From PVC group bacterium (GTDB taxonomy: Bacteria; Auribacterota; Erginobacteria; Erginobacterales; Erginobacteraceae), in the NCBI GenBank assembly GCA_040773245.1, contig JAXGWO010000001.1, positions 6,498-70,497 on the forward strand: a stretch of 64,000 bases of DNA, in the 5' to 3' direction. Shown in pieces: positions 58,541-64,000 of this stretch. Under the pieces are notes generated by a model. The model was not told the DNA's origin. It saw only the letters and a program-made list of their open reading frames with translations, and did not search any database. Position numbers and translations under genes: made by a program. Position 1 is the first letter of the stretch, and each line of letters starts with the position of its first letter.

Positions 58541-59827
58541 ATGAAAACAAAGACCAAATCCGTGAAGACAACGAAACCCCCAGCCGAGACCAACCCGCTG
58601 AGGCTGGCCCTCAGCCAGCTCGACCGGGTGGCGAAGAAGATCAAGCTCGACCCCTGCATCCACGAAAAGCTCAAGCACCCCAAGACCATCCTGATCGTCT
58701 CGGTCCCGATCAAGATGGACAACGGGAAGCTGAAGGTCTTCACCGGCTACCGGGTCCAGCACAACATCGACCGGGGCCCCTCCAAGGGGGGGATCCGTTA
58801 CCACCCCGAGGTCTCCCTCGACGAGGTCCAGGCCCTGGCGATGTGGATGACCTGGAAGTGCTCGGTGATGGGTTTGCCCTACGGGGGGGCGAAGGGCGGG
58901 GTCTGCTGCAACCCGAAGAAACTCTCCGAGCGGGAGCTGGAGAAGATCACCCGCCGCTTCACCACCGAGATCACCCCCTTCATCGGACCCCGGAAGGACA
59001 TCCCCGCCCCCGACGTCTACACCAACCCCCAGACGATGGCCTGGATGATGGACACCTTCAGTATGCACTCGGCCTACGCCGTTCCCGGGGTAGTCACCGG
59101 CAAGCCCCTGGAGATCGGCGGTTCCTACGGCCGGAACGAAGCCACCGCCCAGGGCTGCGTCTTCGCCGTCGAGGAGTTTCTGAACTACCGGGGGAAGGAA
59201 CTGGCCGGGTCCACGGTAGTCATCCAGGGCTACGGGAACGCCGGGTCCTTCGCCCACAAGATCGCCCAGGCCGAGGGAGCCAAGGTGATCGCCGTCTCCG
59301 ACAGCAAGTCCGGAATCGTCAACCCCGCCGGTCTCGACTACCCGGCCGTCTCCGCCTTCAAGGAAAAGACCGGCTCGGTGAAGAACTTTCCCGGGGCCAG
59401 GAACATCACCAACCGGAACCTCCTGGAGCTGGAATGCGACGTCCTGATCCCGGCGGCCCTGGGCAACCAGATCACCGCCGCCAACGCCCCCCGGATCAGG
59501 GCCGGCCTGGTCGCCGAGGCCGCCAACGGCCCCACCACCGAAGAGGCCAACGCCGTCCTCCACCGGCGGGGGATCCCGGTCATCCCCGACATCGTCGCCA
59601 ACGCCGGGGGGGTGGTGGTGAGCTGCTTCGAGTGGGCCCAGAACCTGATGGGCTACTTCTGGACCGCGGAGGAGGTGAGCTGCCGCCTCCAGGACATTAT
59701 GGTCCTGGCCTGTCGGAAGGTCTGGGAACTGGCGCAGAAGGAAAAGATCGACCTCCGCCTGGCCGCTTATATGGTGGCAGTGAGCCGGGTGGCCGAAGCC
59801 GCCCGCCTCCGCGGCATCTACCCCTGA
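58541..59827 (+). CDS. gdhA: Glutamate dehydrogenase (Glu/Leu/Phe/Val dehydrogenase family, about 428 aa)
   Basis: The catalytic region reads KGGIRYHPEVSLDEVQALAMWMTWKCSVMGLPYGGAKGGV. The Rossmann motif is GYGNAGS, and GGVVVSCFEWAQN is present. Confidence 0.9.
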   Translation: MKTKTKSVKTTKPPAETNPLRLALSQLDRVAKKIKLDPCIHEKLKHPKTILIVSVPIKMDNGKLKVFTGYRVQHNIDRGPSKGGIRYHPEVSLDEVQALAMWMTWKCSVMGLPYGGAKGGVCCNPKKLSERELEKITRRFTTEITPFIGPRKDIPAPDVYTNPQTMAWMMDTFSMHSAYAVPGVVTGKPLEIGGSYGRNEATAQGCVFAVEEFLNYRGKELAGSTVVIQGYGNAGSFAHKIAQAEGAKVIAVSDSKSGIVNPAGLDYPAVSAFKEKTGSVKNFPGARNITNRNLLELECDVLIPAALGNQITAANAPRIRAGLVAEAANGPTTEEANAVLHRRGIPVIPDIVANAGGVVVSCFEWAQNLMGYFWTAEEVSCRLQDIMVLACRKVWELAQKEKIDLRLAAYMVAVSRVAEAARLRGIYP

Positions 59828-59843
59828 GCCGGCCCCAAATATA

Positions 59844-60021
59844 TCACCGCGGAGGCGCGGAGGGCGCAGAGAAATATTTTTATTAGTCTGGCCTGGGAAA
59901 GACTGCTGACCTCGGAGCGGCAGAAAAGCGCACCGAGAATTATTCCCGGATGATCCAGCCCGCGAACCCGGCCGACAATCCCCAACCACCCTCCCCGCGT
60001 CCTCCGCGTCTCCGCGGTGAA
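59844..60021. repeat. GC-rich 30-bp TIR element, copy 3 (arms at about 59844-59874 and 59991-60021, AT-rich core of about 115 bp)
   Basis: The left arm is TCACCGCGGAGGCGCGGAGGGCGCAGAGAAA and the right arm is CTCCCCGCGTCCTCCGCGTCTCCGCGGTGAA. It fills the gap between the gdhA stop and the convergent paralog-4 stop. Confidence 0.8.
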
Positions 60022-60031
60022 TTCCCGCGGG

Positions 60032-61084
60032 TCAGCCGGCGGATCTTTCCTGCTTGCCCTTCAGGTAGGGGACGCCCTCCCGGAAGCGCTCGAGCTCGAT
60101 GTCGAAGCCGTCGACCACGGCCAGGGCCGGGGTCTTCTTTCCGTCCTTGACCAGGTTGACCAGGCGGCCCTTGATGTGGAGCCGCAACCCCTCGCGGAAC
60201 TCGCCCCGGACCGCCCCGTCGTAGATGATCAGCCGAATGTCATCGGCCTTCCGCCCGTCGAGATATACGTTCTCCAGCTCGAGCACCACGGGAACGTAAA
60301 GCGAGTGGAGGTTGTCGGCCACCGTCCCGTAGGCCTCCACGCTCTCCTTCACCAGTTCCACCTCGCAGTCCCGGACCGGGGCGTCGAGGAGGTTGCGGTA
60401 GACGTAGAAAGTGCAGACTTCCTCTTGATCGACGTAGATCTTGAGCGGCCAGAACTTGCCGTACTCCACCACCTGGTGCTCCGGTTTGCTGTAAACGATC
60501 CCCCAGAGCTTCCGGACGGTGGCGAGGTTCTCCTCCGGGGTCCCGAAGAAGACCAGGTCGATGTCCGCCCCCTGCCTCCCCAGGGCCGAGGAACCGGTTA
60601 TCCCCAGGTGCCCGAGGGGGACCTCGAAGAGTTCGGAGGTCATCCGGACCACCTCGTCGACCCGGGGATAATGGGCCATCACGTACTTGAGCGCCTCCTG
60701 GTCGTTGAAGTAGCCGACGAAACTCTCCCGGGGGAAGGCCACCTGGTACTCGGCCAGGATCAGCTGGTGGGAGTCGGGGGGCAGGTCGGGGAAGAGCCGG
60801 TAAAGCTTGCCGATCTGGTCGCGGTGGGAGACGTAAACCTCCTCCCCGTCCCGGATCTCCTTGACGATGCTGGAGTACCTCCGGCCGTGGATATCCTTCT
60901 CCCCGTCAGGATCGGGGTAGTAGATCAATTTCCCGACCACCGAGTCCGGGGGATGCCAGTACCCCTCGGTATAGACGAAACTTCCGTCGCGGCGCATCAG
61001 GTAGGTGGTGTCGAGCGGCCCCAGCTTCAGCTCCGACATCGGCCGCAGCAGTTCCCCGATCACTTCATCGAATCTGTCGCCCAT
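60032..61084 (-). CDS. Uncharacterized NTase-signature protein, paralog 4
   Basis: It has GITGSSALGRQGADIDLVFFG plus the family motifs TTYLMRRDGSFVYTEGYWHPP, FWPLKIY and LIIYDGAVRGEFREGLRL. Its N-terminus MGDRFDEVIGELL matches paralog 1 (MTRDRFDEVIKKFL). Confidence 0.5.
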   Translation of the reverse strand: MGDRFDEVIGELLRPMSELKLGPLDTTYLMRRDGSFVYTEGYWHPPDSVVGKLIYYPDPDGEKDIHGRRYSSIVKEIRDGEEVYVSHRDQIGKLYRLFPDLPPDSHQLILAEYQVAFPRESFVGYFNDQEALKYVMAHYPRVDEVVRMTSELFEVPLGHLGITGSSALGRQGADIDLVFFGTPEENLATVRKLWGIVYSKPEHQVVEYGKFWPLKIYVDQEEVCTFYVYRNLLDAPVRDCEVELVKESVEAYGTVADNLHSLYVPVVLELENVYLDGRKADDIRLIIYDGAVRGEFREGLRLHIKGRLVNLVKDGKKTPALAVVDGFDIELERFREGVPYLKGKQERSAG

Positions 61085-61097
61085 CGCCAGCTTCCTC

Positions 61098-61490
61098 CAC
61101 TGATTATCATCGTTTGATCCGCCCCCTCGCCTCTCCCCCTTTTTTATCCACTAATTACACGAATTACCTCTAATTGAGTTTTATTCCCCCTACCTCGCCC
61201 TCTTTTGAAACCACGAATCTCCACTGATCTTCACGGGCAAACTCTACCTCGCCCCCGTTTTCAGTCCACTGATTACACAGATTACACGGATCGGTCGATT
61301 TGTTCCCACTGCCCAATCCCCATCTCAACCGCGAATCCCGCGAATCTCTGCGAATGAATATAATCACTATCGGTATCGCTATCGGTATCGAGACTAGTTG
61401 GGTTGCACTATGCTCAATGCGCTCTGCTTACTGCTCACTGGGCTCTATGCGCTATGCGCTTTTCCTCATTCCCCACTCCCCAAACCCGCC
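61098..61490. repeat. Modular composite repeat, copy D (longest copy, about 390 bp, in the same orientation as copy B)
   Basis: It carries all the modules: CCACTGATT, CCACTAATTACACGAATTAC, TCCACTGATTACACAGATTACACGGAT, CACTGCCCA, CTCAACCGCGAATCCCGCGAATCT, tandem TATCGGTATCGC x2, GCGCTCTGCTTACTGCTCACTG, GCGCTATGCGC and CCCCACTCCCC. It overlaps the stop of the large GDH-like gene. Confidence 0.8.
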
Positions 61491-64000
61491 ACGTAGGCGT
61501 AGAAGTCGAGTTCGTCGGCTCCCAGCCCCCGCTCGTAGACGTAGCTGGAGGCGAGGAAGGAGGCGAAGACCGCCCGGAGGTAGTTCTTGGGGACCCGCTG
61601 GAGGATCTTCTCCAGCCCGAGATGCTTCACCAGGGAGGGAGGACAGTGGCGCCGGATAATCGCCTTCCGCAGGGCGCCGTCCTCGAAGAGCGGGGACCGG
61701 GCGACCTGGTCGGCGACGCGGTTGATCTTGTCGCTCAGATGGTCGGAGAGAACCGAGAGGGGGACCCCGGAAGCCTGATGCTCCCGCCAGAGGAGACCGA
61801 ACTCGGAGGAGGCGTTGCGCCGGATGATTTCCAGGATCCCGGCGACGTACCGCTTCCGGAAGGCCGGCTCCTTCCCGCCTTCCGGAACCACCATCAGCCG
61901 CTCGTACTCCCCGTCGGTCAGGGCCAGCGCGGCCAGGACCTCGAGCGAGGAGGAGGTCACCCCGCCCTTGTTGGCCGAGGCGTCCTTGATGAGAATGACC
62001 CCGTTCTCCTCCAGCCGCAAGCGGGCCTCCTGGGTGATGAAGAGGTTGGCCCCCTCGACAATGATCCCGGCCCGAGGATTTCCCTTCTCGTCGAGGAACT
62101 CCCGCCAGTTGTTGATCGTGATCGCCCGGGGGCGGCCGCCGCAGGGGACGAAGAGATCGGCCTTCAGGGCGGGGTAGAAGTGGAAGCGGTTGCGGAACTC
62201 GGTCCCGTTGGCGACCAGGGTGCCGTCGGGGAGACGGACATCCCGGTCTTCCACCCGGACCAGGAACCCGCCGGGCGAGAGCTTCTCCCGGCGGAAGCCG
62301 GCGATCGTCTCCCGCCGCCGGGCCAGGCGCCGCAGCTCCCGCCGGTCGAGGCCCGCCGGATCGCAGGCCACCCCGGAGCCGTCGACCACCGCCACCGTCC
62401 GGTCGCGGGAGACCAGGATCTCGTTGGAACCGAGGTCGCCGTCGGGGCCGCCGGTCTGGAACTTGGTGATCTTCTCCTCCTTCAGCCCCCGGGCCTTCAG
62501 GGTCTCGAGCACGTACTGGTGGACACCCCGGGTGGTCATCCCGTAGGTATCGTGGGGGACCCCCCCTAGGGCCGGACCCTTCCCGGTGGTAAAGGAACGC
62601 CACCAGCGGTAGCCCCGGGTCCGGGCGTAGGCGGCGGCCCAGTCCATCAGCTCCGCCGTCCCCTCGTCCGGGCCGAGGAAGAGAATCTCCTCCTTCCCGT
62701 GGTAATCGACGATCTCCGGGTGGGGGAGAAGGAGGAGATCGAGCAGGCCGTCGATGTAATGGCGGAAGATACGCGGGCCGGCGGCCGAGTACCCCGGGGT
62801 GGGGAGGATCGTCCCCTTCGCCCCCCCCTCGGGGATGTCCTTGTTCTTCCGCTGCTGGGTCAGGGCCAGGTTGTAGTTCTCGTCGAAGATGAAGTCGGAG
62901 TTGAGGTCGTAATCGGCCCTGGTCGGGGAACAGACCAGCCGGATCCCTCCCCGGGCGATGTCCCGGAAGCGGACGTGGAATCCCCGGAACCCCTTCCCGA
63001 CCAGGAAGAAGATCCCGTAGGGCCTTTCCGGGTAATCGACCGGGTTGAGGAAGGCGGGGTCGAGCCGGAAGGCGAGGCAGACCTTCTCCCGGGTGAAGAA
63101 GTTGGTCTTCAGGATCGATTGGTTGAAGAGAATCAGGGCTTCCAGGATGTTACGCTCGATCTCCGAGTCGAGCGTCTCCTCAATCTTCTTCCTCGCCTCC
63201 TCCCGGTGCCGGTTCCTCCCGGAGACCGTCTCCCGGCGCGGGAAGAACCGGTGGAAGAAGTCGTGGAAGAGGTCGCGGACGATCTCCCGGTGGGCCAGGA
63301 CCGTCCGGACCACCCGGTCCGCGTGGTAGGTGTCCTTGGCCAGGTGGGTCTTGAAGAGCGCCAGGGTGCCGAGCAGCTCCGGCTTGCCTTCCAGCGCCCG
63401 GGAGAGCGTGACATACTCCTCGGTGTAGGAGGTGAGGAACTGGTGGGCGAAGGCGGCGGCCGCCGCCGCGTACATCTTCTCCTCGGCGCTGAAATCCCCG
63501 GAGTAGAAGAGTTCCGAGAGGGGCCCGGTGGAGATCATCGCCGCCATCGAGATGTCCTGGAAGAGCCGGTCCAGCTCCAGCCGGTCCTGGAGCCGGTCGA
63601 GGTAGAAGGAGAAGATCACCGTCCCGTCGGCGAAGGGCTCGACGTACTCCCGGTTGATGTGGGCCTCGTGCTTCTTCAGGATGAAGGTGTAGTTGACGAC
63701 GAACCCCCGGGCGGCGTCCTGGCCCATCCCGACCATAATCCGGGTTTCGCCGGTCTTCGGCAGCTGGGAGAAGGCGATCCGGGGGATGTCCGATCCCCGC
63801 ATCCGCCGCCAGATCTTCCGGTAGCGCTCGACGGTGGCCCGGGGGGAGTTCTCGAGAAATTCCCGGGAAGCGTGGCGGGCGAAGTCCTGCGGATCTTCGG
63901 CGGCCCGGGGGTCGAAGTGGGGCCGGGCGGCCACGTAGAAGCGCAGCGGATAACCCTTGCAGCGGTAGCTCTGGAGCCGGAAGACCGAGTACTGGGACTC
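61466..64000 (-). CDS. Large NAD-specific glutamate dehydrogenase-like protein (Bac_GDH-type), 5' end beyond the window
   Basis: The reading frame stays open upstream of the tracked GTG at 63934 all the way to the window edge. The Rossmann and Glu-DH-like region reads GGVPHDTYGMTTRGV...FQTGGPDGDLGSNEI...EGANLFITQEARLRLEENGVILIKDASANKGGVTSSS. The assignment to the large-GDH family is tentative. Confidence 0.45.
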   Translation of the reverse strand, partial: ESQYSVFRLQSYRCKGYPLRFYVAARPHFDPRAAEDPQDFARHASREFLENSPRATVERYRKIWRRMRGSDIPRIAFSQLPKTGETRIMVGMGQDAARGFVVNYTFILKKHEAHINREYVEPFADGTVIFSFYLDRLQDRLELDRLFQDISMAAMISTGPLSELFYSGDFSAEEKMYAAAAAAFAHQFLTSYTEEYVTLSRALEGKPELLGTLALFKTHLAKDTYHADRVVRTVLAHREIVRDLFHDFFHRFFPRRETVSGRNRHREEARKKIEETLDSEIERNILEALILFNQSILKTNFFTREKVCLAFRLDPAFLNPVDYPERPYGIFFLVGKGFRGFHVRFRDIARGGIRLVCSPTRADYDLNSDFIFDENYNLALTQQRKNKDIPEGGAKGTILPTPGYSAAGPRIFRHYIDGLLDLLLLPHPEIVDYHGKEEILFLGPDEGTAELMDWAAAYARTRGYRWWRSFTTGKGPALGGVPHDTYGMTTRGVHQYVLETLKARGLKEEKITKFQTGGPDGDLGSNEILVSRDRTVAVVDGSGVACDPAGLDRRELRRLARRRETIAGFRREKLSPGGFLVRVEDRDVRLPDGTLVANGTEFRNRFHFYPALKADLFVPCGGRPRAITINNWREFLDEKGNPRAGIIVEGANLFITQEARLRLEENGVILIKDASANKGGVTSSSLEVLAALALTDGEYERLMVVPEGGKEPAFRKRYVAGILEIIRRNASSEFGLLWREHQASGVPLSVLSDHLSDKINRVADQVARSPLFEDGALRKAIIRRHCPPSLVKHLGLEKILQRVPKNYLRAVFASFLASSYVYERGLGADELDFYAYVAGLGSGE

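Noticed and set aside
51511-61490. The possibility that the repeated modules form a CRISPR array
   Set aside because: There is no regular repeat-spacer periodicity and no cas genes. The copies are composite, differ in length, occur in both orientations and are separated by whole genes.
37491-63414. Long antisense or overlapping ORFs in the second half of the window (for example 37491-39035+, 39011-40537+, 43061-44350+, 44355-45530+, 46643-47821+, 47898-49280-, 51651-53261-, 54465-55589-, 58535-59989-, 60017-61117+, 61403-62569+ and 61452-62603-)
   Set aside because: Same reasoning as above. All of them overlap better-supported genes on the opposite strand: the two-component system, ygeW/ygeY, the paralogs, the amidase, the flippase, the membrane protein and gdhA.

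Overview
This is a 64-kb window from a high-GC (about 65-70% GC) bacterial chromosome. It is densely coded on both strands, and the high GC produces long spurious antisense ORFs. No rRNA, tRNA or CRISPR array was seen. The supportable content, in order along the window, is as follows. (1) A central-metabolism block: an IDH/IMDH-family dehydrogenase, an NAD(P)-malic enzyme, and an orphan class-I fumarase alpha subunit. (2) proA, a metallophosphoesterase, and a Lys/Ala/Pro-rich histone-H1-like protein. (3) Six secreted proteins on the minus strand between 10.2 and 31.1 kb that share a repeated FG-GAP/VCBS-like module of about 42 aa (consensus FRPxxGLWAVRGxTRxYFG...PVPxDYDGDG). Their head domains differ: GEVED plus SBBP propellers, DUF1566, a class-C beta-lactamase fold, and a BNR-like domain. 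(4) recQ, a sulfatase, a flotillin/NfeD pair, a VanZ-like protein and a SAM-methyltransferase-like protein. (5) A GAF-histidine kinase / NtrC-type response regulator pair sitting directly upstream of a strong sigma-54 promoter match that drives a secreted phospholipase-D-family (HKD) protein. (6) A ygeW/ygeY-like carbamoyltransferase plus M20 peptidase pair, then cspA. (7) A glycan-assembly locus from 47.8 to 56.2 kb: MurNAc-LAA amidase, two Dpm1-like GT2 enzymes, a GT4, a MOP flippase and a large GT-C-like membrane protein. Other GT-C enzymes (PMT/ArnT-like and TMTC-like with TPR repeats) lie elsewhere in the window. (8) gdhA and a second, large NAD-GDH-like gene that runs off the window end. 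The most unusual content is threefold. First, four paralogous proteins of about 350 aa carry a mid-protein Pol-beta-type nucleotidyltransferase signature; they are clustered at 46.7-61.1 kb and I do not recognise the family. Second, two families of intergenic repeat elements are present: a modular, AT-rich composite repeat in five copies, two of which form inverted brackets around the flippase gene; and a 30-bp GC-rich terminal inverted repeat in three copies that bounds variable AT-rich cores. Third, copies of the composite repeat overlap gene termini and supply stop codons.
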